DNA of 64,000 nt from positions 64,001 to 128,000 of the forward strand of contig JANOAV010000087.1 in the NCBI GenBank assembly GCA_031411295.1, in the 5' to 3' direction. The position numbers and the translations under genes were made by a program. This document shows, one piece after another, positions 19,958 to 29,900 of this stretch. Source of the DNA: Verrucomicrobiales bacterium. GTDB lineage: Bacteria; Verrucomicrobiota; Verrucomicrobiia; Verrucomicrobiales; V1-33. Within the stretch, counting starts at the first letter, position 1. Each line of letters opens with the position of its first letter. The notes under the pieces are model-generated. The model saw only the letters and a list, made by a program, of their open reading frames with translations, was not told where the DNA came from and ran no database searches.

Positions 19958-20074
19958 GGGCCATGGGGATCAGTCTGGCGGAAGCTCGCGTGAAATAGTT
20001 GGGTCGCCCATTTTCCCCGCAGATCAGGATGTCTGAGGCTTGGCGGGGGAATCGTTCGACTGGCCGCCGGGGGA

Positions 20075-21559
20075 CTAATTCGTGGCTCTGGACTGCGGTT
20101 GCTCATAGGTGAGGCTACCGTGCGCCCCTTGAGTATAGGTGGGAAATGGCCAAGCCCAAGCGCCGTGAAAAATCATGCGGCACCCGCCTCCATGAATCTT
20201 CATTTGAAGCACCGGCTCCCCGTCAGGGGAGGTCTTGATTAGTATGGGAGACTCGTAGCGCAGGAAATGAGGTTGCTCCCCTTCCCACGGTGGCAATGGG
20301 GTTTGCGGATCTCGATACATCTGCCCGGCTCTGGCAGCAGCTTGAATGTTCATGGCCAACGTTTTCGCCGTTCGCCCGCCCTCCAACATGTCATCCTGAC
20401 TGGGAAATGGTTGCGGCGTCCCCGGTGGTCTCGGTGCTCGATTTCCCCAACCGCCATCTTGAGGGAGTTTGGCCACCCAGGCATTGGCGGCATCCCGGTC
20501 TTCCAAGGCCGCCTGCACTGCGTAAGCCCAGATGTAGGCGCTTACGATAGGCGATTTTATGTGCGCATTGAGCCATCCACCAGCACCCGTCAGATCTCGG
20601 GTGGCGAATTCTACCATGGCAACTTCCCCGGTGCGCGCCGGAAATCCGGGGAGGGCGCTAAAACCTTCCACCCAGCTGATGGCGCGTTCTGGCTGGTGGA
20701 TCGCATACCTTGGAGCCACGGTGCTTATACCTGCGAAGAGCTCGTCTTTGTTCGTTCGTTGCCCAACCCAAACAGCAGTTTCCGCAGGGCCTACTTCCTT
20801 GAGTTTGTGTTCGGCAATCTTATTAACCAACTGCCAGCGGGTCCCTGCTGGGAGTTTGGAATCCGCATTTTGCTGCGATTCCAGCCATTCCTCCAACGCT
20901 TGCGCTCCGCGTTGTTTTTCCAGAGCACTCACTGTCGCCCACTCCGAGGGCTCACTGCCGCCAGTGCTTACATAATCCAGCAACCCCTGAAGATCTGTGG
21001 CCGCCCACGCTTCTGCCAGGGCTGAGCCGTTCCGCCTCGCCCACTCGCCTTGGTCCTTGCCCGAGGCTGCCCATGCCACCACCTCCAGCGGGTTCAATCC
21101 TGCCCACACGAACATCAGACAGCGGGCGTCGTCATCCGCTCCGGTGCCAATTAGGCGATCCTTCCGCAGTAGAAATTCCGCCGCAACCTGTGGGTTACGC
21201 CGAACCAATTTCGCCAAGTATCCCAACCAGTCATCCTTTCGAACTCGAGGATAGCCTTGATTCACATCCGCCAAATACATTCCCATAATCCAATCGGCAT
21301 CCTCTAGATTGACGGACAATTCTGGATGCTCAAAACAAGCGACCACCGCCGACCGTTGTTCCACAACGGACAACGCCAGCGCAGCCTCCATGGCGGCCCG
21401 GAAGGAAAACGTTGGTTTGTTGTCCGAAGGGGTGGGGGATGGCGGAACAGGCTGGGAAGCCACCGCCGACCGCGAACGAATCCGCTGGTAAACGGCAACG
21501 GTCCCCCACGTCGCACAGAGGCTGGCGATGGCTAACAGGAGGATACGTTTCCGGTTCAT
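20075..21559 (-). CDS. Hypothetical exported helical-repeat protein
   Basis: MNRKRILLLAIASLCATWG signal-like start at 21559; repeated 'WA..(D/N)P/L..A..W' units. Confidence 0.7.
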   Translation of the reverse strand: MNRKRILLLAIASLCATWGTVAVYQRIRSRSAVASQPVPPSPTPSDNKPTFSFRAAMEAALALSVVEQRSAVVACFEHPELSVNLEDADWIMGMYLADVNQGYPRVRKDDWLGYLAKLVRRNPQVAAEFLLRKDRLIGTGADDDARCLMFVWAGLNPLEVVAWAASGKDQGEWARRNGSALAEAWAATDLQGLLDYVSTGGSEPSEWATVSALEKQRGAQALEEWLESQQNADSKLPAGTRWQLVNKIAEHKLKEVGPAETAVWVGQRTNKDELFAGISTVAPRYAIHQPERAISWVEGFSALPGFPARTGEVAMVEFATRDLTGAGGWLNAHIKSPIVSAYIWAYAVQAALEDRDAANAWVAKLPQDGGWGNRAPRPPGTPQPFPSQDDMLEGGRTAKTLAMNIQAAARAGQMYRDPQTPLPPWEGEQPHFLRYESPILIKTSPDGEPVLQMKIHGGGCRMIFHGAWAWPFPTYTQGAHGSLTYEQPQSRATN

Positions 21560-21698
21560 GGGTGAAGGATGGCGCAAACGCTGTCTCGTGGCAAGAACTA
21601 ACTCAATCGCGAGCCTGAGGAGGATTTTCGAGGGTGCAGAAAACCACCTCCCACGAGACGTGCGCCCACGTGGTTGATTTACGAACCACTGTGGCATC

Positions 21699-21941
21699 AT
21701 GAATGGAAACCGTGAAGTCAGTGACCCAGTGCCGGATGTGAGCCGCGAAGATTTTTCGTTGGAGCAAATGCGGAACCAACGGGAGGCTGAAATGGACCAA
21801 GATCCCAGTATGGTGTTGTCGCTGGAGGGATTCCCGGCTCCGTTGGCTGACCGTCGGGCGAGCTTGGGGGGGACGAGGGCTTGGGCGGTCGTGACAAATT
21901 GTATCGAGGGAGGTCTCACACTCTTCAACACCCTCCGATAA
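21699..21941 (+). pseudogene. Degenerate paralog of the downstream addiction-module antitoxin
   Basis: LEQMRNQREAEMDQDPSMVLSLEGFPAP aligns with LEALLDRREAEMDADPSMELSMEEFMAP of 22280-22516; N-terminal half is missing and no toxin follows. Confidence 0.6.
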
Positions 21942-22073
21942 TATGCACACCTTGCACGAGATAAGCAGCGGCCTAAGAAAATTTGAATCAGATATATTTG
22001 ATTTCTGGAGCGAATATTTGTGAGACAGGCCTTTTTGTCTGGGAATGAGCTGTGCTAAAGGGCGATCAAGAGG

Positions 22074-22205
22074 AGCATCGGTGAAAAATATCGGATCGCC
22101 CCGACTAAGGACCTGCGGACGGTTTGCCCGAATTGCCACGCAATGCGCCATCGACAACCGCCTCCAATGAGCATTGACTCGCTTAGGAAAGCTTATCGAG
22201 AATAG
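22074..22205 (+). pseudogene. C-terminal remnant of an HNH (McrA-like) endonuclease
   Basis: Manual translation SIGEKYRIAPTKDLRTVCPNCHAMRHRQPPPMSIDSLRKAYRE*; in-frame TAA at 22056 upstream and no start codon. Confidence 0.7.
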
Positions 22206-22279
22206 TGCCTGGTCTGTCGCACCTTCTTGATGAGAAATGTCGTATTGCATCTCCAGAAAAACCGGGTATTCTGCACGTC

Positions 22280-22516
22280 ATGAGTGTGAATTACGAAACA
22301 ATCGTGAAGGCTGCGTTACACCTTAGTGCGGAGGAGAGGTGCCGTGCAGCCACCATTCTGTGGGAATCGGTGGATCCCAGTCGCGACTTCACGTCAGAAG
22401 ATGATGAACTGGAGGCGCTGCTGGACAGAAGGGAAGCTGAGATGGATGCAGACCCAAGCATGGAGTTATCGATGGAGGAATTCATGGCACCGTTTGTTAG
22501 CCGCAGCAGAGCATGA
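22280..22516 (+). CDS. Putative addiction-module antitoxin (TIGR02574-like)
   Basis: ALHLSAEER..AATILWESVD...LLDRREAE; ATGA overlap with the toxin gene. Confidence 0.8.
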   Translation: MSVNYETIVKAALHLSAEERCRAATILWESVDPSRDFTSEDDELEALLDRREAEMDADPSMELSMEEFMAPFVSRSRA

Positions 22517-22803
22517 GATTTACCTTTAATCGGGCTGTCCAATTGGAAATGTGGCAGATTCGCGATTGGTATGACGCAAGGAAGGACGGATTGGGCGATG
22601 AGTTTTTTCAAGAATTCCAATCGATGCTGGATCTGAGCGGCGGAAATCCAGAACGGTTTCCACTATCGAGTTTGGGTCGACGCAAGGTCACGTTGAGACG
22701 GTTTCCTTATGCAATCTATTTCAGGGTATCGCTCGACCGGATTCGTATCCTCGTCCTCTGCCACGAAAAGCGCCACCCCGACTATGGAAAATACCGCAAA
22801 TGA
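22513..22803 (+). CDS. RelE/ParE-family toxin
   Basis: WYDARKDGLGDEF...NPERF...RRFPYAIYF...ILVLCHEKRHPDY. Confidence 0.85.
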   Translation: MRFTFNRAVQLEMWQIRDWYDARKDGLGDEFFQEFQSMLDLSGGNPERFPLSSLGRRKVTLRRFPYAIYFRVSLDRIRILVLCHEKRHPDYGKYRK

Positions 22804-22907
22804 TCCAACCTTGGGACAAAACCGCCCAAACCCAGCAAAATTCTAAAAAAATCCCTTAATCCTTCCTTGACATCGGAGTAAGGTGCGCTTGGTTTCCGGT
22901 CCACGCC

Positions 22908-23126
22908 ATGCTAACAAGATTTCGCAAATTTTTCTCTGAGGTCAGTGTCGAATTACATAAAACGACCTGGCCATGGGATCCAAAAGAAACCGGTTTTAAA
23001 AAATTCCGGGAGCTTACGGATTCCACCATTGTTGTGTTCGTCGCCATGCTTCTCCTCGGGGCATTTGTGAATTTCTGGGACTTGGTGATGGTGGGGGTAA
23101 TGTCGCTGCTTACAGGCGCCAAATAA
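22908..23126 (+). CDS. secE: Preprotein translocase subunit SecE
   Basis: FFSEVSVELHKTTWP motif, single TM helix, position upstream of nusG. Confidence 0.9.
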   Translation: MLTRFRKFFSEVSVELHKTTWPWDPKETGFKKFRELTDSTIVVFVAMLLLGAFVNFWDLVMVGVMSLLTGAK

Positions 23127-23420
23127 CCTCCTCTTCCTGCTTCCGGCGGTGTTTCTCAGGGGTTGAACGAATGGAATGGCCCGATGTTCTCCCCTCACTT
23201 TTGAAACCTGCCGTCTAAATAACTCGCTCTTTATGAGTCGCTCCTGCTGACGAATTGGTCAGTCCCCTGCTGCGGGTGCAGTTGCCTGCTACGAGGCATC
23301 GTTTCGTGGTCGCCATTCCTTTTCTCCCTCTGCTGCGGGTATTTTCTCGTTGCAGGGTTCGATTTTCTCTCTCGTTTCCTTTTCCTTTTTTAACCCCCCA
23401 AATTTCCACCCCCTAACGTC

Positions 23421-24011
23421 ATGGCAGCTATCCCTGGTGAGCGCGATCAATGGTATGTGATTCATGTCCTTTCCGGCCAAGAAAACAAGGTCCGTGAGAA
23501 CCTGACTCGTCGGATGAAGACTGAGGAGATGAGTGATACCGTCTTCGAGATCCTCATGCCGCAGGAGCGGGTGTCCGAATTCAAAAATGGCAAGAAGGCC
23601 GAGACGAAGCGGAAGTATTTCCCCGGTTATCTGCTGGTGAACATGAATTTGTTCCGCCCCGATGGCACGATGGTGGACAAAGCTTGGTATTTCATTAAAG
23701 ACACCCAAGGCATCATTAATTTTGCGGGCACGAAGAACAAGCCCACCCCGATGCGCCCACAAGAAGTGGAAACGATGCTGCTGCAGATGCGCGAGCGGGA
23801 AGACAACGTTACCCCGAAGATCGCTTTCGAAGTGGGCGATTCCGTCAAGGTCAACGATGGTCCGTTCGACGGCCAGATTGGCGTGGTGGAAGAAATCGAC
23901 CACGAAAAGGGCAAGCTGCGGGTTTCCGTCAGCATCTTCGGCCGCAACACCCCGGTGGATCTGGAATTCTACCAAGTCGAGAAAGCCGACGAAGACGCAC
24001 AGCAATCTTAA
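23421..24011 (+). CDS. nusG: Transcription termination/antitermination factor NusG
   Basis: WYVIHVLSGQENKV, FPGYLLV, KOW motif VKVNDGPF, SIFGRNTPVDLEF. Confidence 0.97.
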   Translation: MAAIPGERDQWYVIHVLSGQENKVRENLTRRMKTEEMSDTVFEILMPQERVSEFKNGKKAETKRKYFPGYLLVNMNLFRPDGTMVDKAWYFIKDTQGIINFAGTKNKPTPMRPQEVETMLLQMREREDNVTPKIAFEVGDSVKVNDGPFDGQIGVVEEIDHEKGKLRVSVSIFGRNTPVDLEFYQVEKADEDAQQS

Positions 24012-24092
24012 CGCGCTGCGTCTCCCGCTCCCTAAAATTTTACGCACTAGTCCTCCTCCGCCTCAGTTTAAACTCCCAAATATTACCAAATT

Positions 24093-24518
24093 ATGGCTAA
24101 AGAAATCGTCAAACTCATCAAGTTACAAATCCCAGCTGGTGCCGCCAATCCGGCTCCTCCCGTGGGTCCTGCGCTCGGTCAAGCCGGCGTGAACATCATG
24201 GCTTTCTGTAAAGAGTTCAATGCCGCCACGCAGAAATCTGCTGGTGATGTGCTCCCAGTCGTGATCACCGTTTACAAGGACAAGTCATTCACTTTCATCA
24301 CCAAGCAGCCTCCAGCGAGCGCCCTCATTAAGAAGGCTCTCGGTCTGGCCAGCGGATCCAAAGTTCCTCACAAGGAAAAAGTGGGCAAGCTGACCAAACA
24401 ACAACTGGCTGACGTGACCAAGGCCAAGCGCCCTGACCTCAACGCCAACAGCGACGAAGCCGCCATGCGCATCATTGCCGGGACCGCCCGTCAAATGGGT
24501 GTCGAGGTGGAGGCATAA
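24093..24518 (+). CDS. rplK: 50S ribosomal protein L11
   Basis: [36 protein letters not shown]. Confidence 0.98.
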   Translation: MAKEIVKLIKLQIPAGAANPAPPVGPALGQAGVNIMAFCKEFNAATQKSAGDVLPVVITVYKDKSFTFITKQPPASALIKKALGLASGSKVPHKEKVGKLTKQQLADVTKAKRPDLNANSDEAAMRIIAGTARQMGVEVEA

Positions 24519-24529
24519 GACCAAAGGGA

Positions 24530-24596
24530 GAAGGGGCGGCCCGCCCCTTCCGATCGTAGAAATTTTTTCATACCCGTCGGGGCGAGCCGCCCCGAC
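24530..24596. repeat. Pair of related GC-rich palindromes (REP-like)
   Basis: GAAGGGGCGG-C-CCGCCCCTTC (24530-24550) and GTCGGGGCG-AGC-CGCCCCGAC (24576-24596) share the core GGGGCG-N3-CGCCCC. Confidence 0.6.
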
Positions 24597-24623
24597 TCCA
24601 TTGCACAAAACCAAACCCCAACC

Positions 24624-24653
24624 GCAGGAGAGCACACCGCTCGTTTGCACTGC
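24624..24653 (+). promoter_or_regulatory. Candidate L1-binding autoregulatory leader of rplA
   Basis: GCAG-GA-GAGC-ACACC-GCTC-GTTTGCA-CTGC: two helices separated by an asymmetric internal loop, 10 nt before the rplA ATG. Confidence 0.5.
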
Positions 24654-24663
24654 ACAAACCAAC

Positions 24664-25368
24664 ATGGCCCAAACCAACCGAAGCAAACGCTACAAAAACG
24701 CCGCTAAAACGCTGACTCCAGGAAAACTCCATTCCCTCGAAGAAGCCTTTGAAACGCTGAAGAAACTCCCCGCCCCCAAGTTCGACCAAACCGTAACGGT
24801 CTCGTTCCGGATGGGTGTCGATCCCAAAAAGGGTGACCAAATGATCCGTTCCTCTTGCCCACTGCCACACGGCTCTGGTAAGACGGTTAAGGTGTTGGTC
24901 TTCGCCCAAGGTGACGCCGCCAAGGCCGCCAAAGAGGCGGGTGCTGACTTCGTCGGTTACGAAGACATGATCAAGAAGATCCAAGAAGGCTGGCTGGACT
25001 TTGATGTCGCCATCGCCACCACCGACGCCATGACCGAAGTGCGGAAACTGGCTCGGATCCTCGGTCCTCGTGGTTTGATGCCGAATCCCAAGACTGGCAC
25101 CGTGACCGATGATCCTGCCAAGGCCGTCGTCGCCACCAAGGCTGGTAAGGTGAACTTCAAGCTCGACAAGAATGGCAACATTTCCAGCTCCATCGGCAAA
25201 CTCTCCTTTGATGTTATCAAATTGAAGGAAAACGCCGAAGCGCTGATCGAAGCCGTTTACCGTGCGAAACCCGCCACCGCCAAGGGCAAATACATCACCA
25301 GCATGCACACCACGGCAACCATGACCCCCGGTCTGGCCCTCGATGCTGCCAAGTATGCGCGCAACTAA
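24664..25368 (+). CDS. rplA: 50S ribosomal protein L1
   Basis: KFDQTV...GVDPKKGDQMIR...LPHGSGK, ILGPRGLMPNPKTGTVT; start set at MAQTNRSKRY. Confidence 0.97.
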   Translation: MAQTNRSKRYKNAAKTLTPGKLHSLEEAFETLKKLPAPKFDQTVTVSFRMGVDPKKGDQMIRSSCPLPHGSGKTVKVLVFAQGDAAKAAKEAGADFVGYEDMIKKIQEGWLDFDVAIATTDAMTEVRKLARILGPRGLMPNPKTGTVTDDPAKAVVATKAGKVNFKLDKNGNISSSIGKLSFDVIKLKENAEALIEAVYRAKPATAKGKYITSMHTTATMTPGLALDAAKYARN

Positions 25369-25409
25369 GCGAACCCTCGGAACTAACCTCTAACGAAATT
25401 TTCTGAAAT

Positions 25410-25982
25410 ATGAATCCCGATAAAAAAATCATTTCCGAGCAGTTGATGAACCGCATCAACAACGCCCCGTTCGTCCTCCTGGTGGACTACACCGGTATGA
25501 CCGTGCCGCAGTTCAACAAGGTTCGCAAGAGCCTGAGCGATACTGGCGCCACGCTCCACGTAACCAAAAACAGCTACATCAAGGCCGTGGGCACCGAAAA
25601 AGGCTACCCCAAGGAATTGGAAGCTGACCTCAAGGGCCAAACCGCCATTGTCTTCGGCCCCAACGACGTTTGTGCCGCGGCCAAGATCCTCAAGGGTTAT
25701 GACACCGAAACGAAGCGTAACTCCCTGAAGAGTGGCGTCCTCGACGGCACCTTCCTGGATGCCGCAGCCATCACCGAGCTGGCCAATGTGGGTAGCCGTG
25801 ACAACCTCCTGGCCAAGTTGCTGGGCGTGTTGAACGCTCCTGCTGGCGCCATCGCCCGTGTCATTGCTGCGCACGTTGAGAAGTCTGGCGCTCCTGCTGC
25901 TGAAGCTCCTGCGGCTCCTGTTGCTGAAGCTGCTCCTGCCGCTGAGGCCGCGCCCGCCGCTGAAGCTCCTGCTGCTGAATAA
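25410..25982 (+). CDS. rplJ: 50S ribosomal protein L10 with Ala/Pro/Glu-rich tail
   Basis: LVDYTGMTV.QF..VR..L, VTKNS, LKGQTAIVF, LLAKLLGVLNAP; operon position. Confidence 0.93.
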   Translation: MNPDKKIISEQLMNRINNAPFVLLVDYTGMTVPQFNKVRKSLSDTGATLHVTKNSYIKAVGTEKGYPKELEADLKGQTAIVFGPNDVCAAAKILKGYDTETKRNSLKSGVLDGTFLDAAAITELANVGSRDNLLAKLLGVLNAPAGAIARVIAAHVEKSGAPAAEAPAAPVAEAAPAAEAAPAAEAPAAE

Positions 25983-25984
25983 AC

Positions 25985-26029
25985 GACGAAAGGGACTGAA
26001 AGGACGTAAAGGACTTACGAGACTCTAGA
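25985..26029 (+). repeat. 9-bp-period degenerate tandem repeat (GAC-N6 x5)
   Basis: GAC at 25985, 25994, 26003, 26012 and 26021. Confidence 0.7.
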
Positions 26030-26148
26030 CCATAACACACCCAAGCCCCTCATTTTTTACTCTCTTACTCTCCCACTCTCATAAATACACTTTCCCGCCA
26101 ACCAGCGGAAAAACCAAACCAAACCTAAAGTAACTAAAACCACAAACC

Positions 26149-26215
26149 CAGTTCCTTACCGATCAAGCGGCTGCTTGATTCAAATCCGCCGGGGCTCCGG
26201 CAAACGGTGATACTG
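26149..26215 (+). promoter_or_regulatory. Candidate structured cis-regulatory RNA (three-way junction) upstream of rplL
   Basis: Closing helix CAGT..TTACCG/CGGTGA.ACTG encloses hairpins ATCAAGC-GGCT-GCTTGAT and GCCGG-GGCT-CCGGC. Confidence 0.55.
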
Positions 26216-26225
26216 ACCAAACAAC

Positions 26226-26597
26226 ATGGCTGATATATCCAAAATCGTAGAAGAATTGTCCGGACTCACTATTCTCCAAGCTTCCGAGCTGGTGAAAGCA
26301 CTCGAAGAAAAGTGGGGCGTGAGCGCTGCTGCTGCTGCTGGTCCCGCCGCTGGCGCTGGTCCTGCCGCTGCTGTCGAAGAGAAGACTGAGTTCGACGTTA
26401 TCCTGACGTCCGCTGGTCCGAACAAGATTGCCGTCATTAAGGAAGTCCGCGGTGCGATCGCAGGCTTGGGCTTGGCTGAAGCCAAGGCTCTCGTCGAATC
26501 CGCTCCTAAGGCCCTCAAGACCGGCATCCCCAAGGCCGAAGCCGAAGAGATCAAGAAGAAGATCGAAGCTTCGGGCGCTACTTGCGAAGTCAAGTAA
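26226..26597 (+). CDS. rplL: 50S ribosomal protein L7/L12
   Basis: [46 protein letters not shown]. Confidence 0.98.
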   Translation: MADISKIVEELSGLTILQASELVKALEEKWGVSAAAAAGPAAGAGPAAAVEEKTEFDVILTSAGPNKIAVIKEVRGAIAGLGLAEAKALVESAPKALKTGIPKAEAEEIKKKIEASGATCEVK

Positions 26598-26916
26598 GCC
26601 TCCTGGGTTTCCCAGAAATCACATCGGGATCGTCCCCCGAATCCCCCACGAGGATGGCCGGCCTACCGGTCGGTCATCCTCAACGGGAAACCGGACGAAA
26701 TATGTTTCCAGAATGCCCCAAGTTTTTCCTGTTATTTTCCCGTCTGATTCCCCCATCCGAAGCCAAAATGCTTCGCTGGGGTCGTTTCGTCTCTAGTGAG
26801 TGCCCTTGAAAGTGGCTGGTAAGTGACGGTCCTACCAGCAGTGTTCAGCCTCCGCCCCACCGAATTTTCCCTCTATTCAATTTAGCCCCTGTCCAAACCC
26901 AAACCCCACACCGAAC

Positions 26917-29900
26917 ATGTCTGAGCGCATTAACTTTGGTAAATTAACGGAAGTCATCGAGCCACCCAATCTCATTGAGGTGCAGATCAATTCCTACAAG
27001 GAGTTCCTCCAGCAGGATGTCCCGCCGTCCAAGCGGATCATGGTCGGTCTGCAATCTGTTTTTAAAGAAGTCTTCCCGATCGATAGTTACGATCAAAAGA
27101 CCGTATTGAATTTCAGCCATTATGAAGTGGGTGAGCCCAAGCTGAGCGCCTATGAGGCCCAGCGCGAAGGTGAGACCTACAGTGCGCCACTCTACGTGAC
27201 CTTCACCCTGCGGGATGAAGCCGGCACCAAGGAAGAGCGCGTTTACATGGGCGAACTGCCCCTGATGACCGAGCGCGGCACCTTCGCCATCAATGGCGCT
27301 GAGCGGGTGGTCGTTTCCCAGTTGCACCGTTCCCCCGGGATTGCGTTTGAAGAAAACCAACACTTGAACGGCAAGATGCTCCATGGTTTCCGCATCATTC
27401 CTGACCGCGGATCGTGGTTGGAAGTGCAGTTCGACACCAATGACTTGCTCTACGTTTACCTCGACCGCCGCCGTCGTCGGCGTAAGTTCCTGGTCACTAC
27501 CTTCCTGCGTTGTATTGGTTTCCCGACCGATGCAGACATCATCAAGCAGTTCTACAAAGTCGAGGACATCAAGCTCAAAGCCGCCCTCGCTGACGAAGAA
27601 ATTTTGGCTTCCAAGATGATCTTCACGGACATCCTCGACGGTGAAAATGTCATTGCCAAGGCCTACGAGCCGATCACGCCCGCCGTGATTCAGCAGCTCA
27701 TCGACCTCGGTCACAAGAGCATTTCCGTGATCGAAGTGCCGCCGGATGACACGCTGATCAAGAGCTTGAAGAAAGATCCCGCCAAGGATGAAGAAGGGGC
27801 GTTGAAGGACATCTACAAGCGCCTGCGCCCTGGAGATCCACCAACGATCCCGAACGCCAAGGCGTTGCTGAAGCGGTTGTTCTTCGATCCCAAGAAATAT
27901 GATCTCACCCGCGTCGGCCGTTACAAGCTGAACCAAAAGCTCGGTCTCAAGGTGGATCAAGACATGCGGATTCTGACCAACGAAGATTTCCTCGCCTCCC
28001 TGCGCTACCTGCTCCGTCTGCGTCGCAACGAAGGCGTGTTGGATGATATCGATCACTTGGGTTCCCGCCGGGTGCGGGCCGTGGGTGAACTCCTCGCCAA
28101 CCAATGCCGTGTGGGCCTGAGCCGCACGGAGCGTCTGGTGAAAGAGCGCATGACCTTGTTCGATGTGAACATGGAAGGCATGACCCCGCAGAAGCTCATC
28201 AACCCCAAGGCCCTCAGTGCCGTGGTGCGTGACTTCTTCGGCCGCAGCCAGCTCTCCCAGTTCATGGATCAGATCAATCCGCTCGCGGAATTGACCCACA
28301 AACGTCGTCTGTCCGCCCTCGGGCCAGGCGGTCTGAATCGTGACCGTGCGGGCTTTGAAGTTCGTGACGTGCATCCTTCCCACTATGGCCGGATTTGCCC
28401 GATTGAGACTCCTGAAGGTCCAAACATTGGTCTGATCAACTCCATGTCCTCCTTCGCTCGCATTAACGAGTTCGGGTTCATCGAGACGCCTTACCGCAAG
28501 ATCATTGACGGTTTGGTCGGCAAGAAGATCGACTACTTGACTGCCGATCAGGAAGAAAATCACTACATCGCCCAAGCGAATAATCCGATTGGCGAAGACG
28601 GACATTTCACCAACAAACGCCTCACGGTGCGGTATCGTGGTGAGTTCCTCGAAATGGAACCCAAGGACGTGGCCTACATGGACGTGAGTCCGAAGCAGGT
28701 TATTTCCGTGGCTGCTTCGATGATTCCGTTCCTCGAACACGATGATGCTAACCGAGCCCTGATGGGATCGAACATGCAACGTCAGGGTGTGCCGCTGCTG
28801 ATGGCCGAAGCTCCGCTCGTGGGCACCGGCATCGAAGCCAAGGCCGCGCGCGACTCCAAAGCTGTCGCCATTTCCGAGTCCAAAGGCATCGTGGCCGCTT
28901 CCACTGCGGAAGTGATCATCGTTACCAAGGACGGGAAACTCCCTTGCACCGACAGCGAATTCCTCGGGAATCCGTTCTGCGTGAAACATAACCCAGCGAA
29001 GGAAATCTTCGTTTATCCGCTCCGCAAATTCATGCGCAGCAATGCCGGCACTTGCATCAACCAACGCCCCATCGTCCGTCGGGGCGACAAGGTGAAGGAA
29101 GGTCAAGTCATCGCTGACGGTCCTTGCACGGACAATGGCGAACTGGCTCTGGGTCGGAACGTGTTAGTCGCGTTCATGCCTTGGAATGGTTATAACTTCG
29201 AAGATGCTATCGCCATCTCCGCCAAGGTCGTGAAGGAAGACATCTACACCTCGATTCACATTGAGGAGTTCGAAGTCAGCGCTCGGGACACCAAGCTGGG
29301 ACCAGAAGAAATCACCCGGGATATTCCTAACGTGGGCGAAGAAGCCCTCAAGAACCTGGGTGCGGACGGCGTCGTGCGCATCGGGGCGGAAGTTCGTCCA
29401 GGCGATATTCTCGTCGGCAAGATCACCCCAAAATCTGAAACGGAGCTGGCTCCTGAAGAGCGCCTCCTGCGCGCCATCTTCGGTGAGAAAGCCGCTGACG
29501 TGAAAGACACTTCCCTCCGCGTGCCTTCGGGCTGTATGGGGATCGTCATGGATGTCCGCATGGCCAGCCGTAAAGATGCCAACAAAGAGCGCGTGAGTCA
29601 AGCTGAGCAACGCAAGCAGCTCAAGACCATCGAAGAAGAATACAAGACCAAGCGTGACGAATTGATCGACGCCCTGACGGAGAAACTCAGCGAGCATCTG
29701 CTCAATGAGAAGATCCCGCTGGACGTGGTGAACGCTCAGACTGGCGAAATCATTATCCCTGCCAACAAGAAGATCACCAAGACCCTCTTGAACAAAATGG
29801 CCCAGGAGCATGATCACATTGAGATCGATCCTAGCCCAGTGCGGAACAAGATCTTCGACATCACGGGTGCCTTTGAAACGAAGTTTGCCGAACTCGACGA

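Noticed and set aside
21560..21931. N-terminal extension of the 618-aa ORF
   Set aside because: A signal-peptide-like start exists at 21559; the extension overlaps the antitoxin remnant on the other strand.
24475..24663. N-terminal extension of rplA in the ORF track
   Set aside because: Overlaps rplK and crosses intergenic hairpins; L1 similarity starts at ATG 24664.
25886..25979. GCT/CCT/GAA repeats at the end of rplJ as a DNA repeat element
   Set aside because: They encode a low-complexity APAAE tail; coding, not a separate element.
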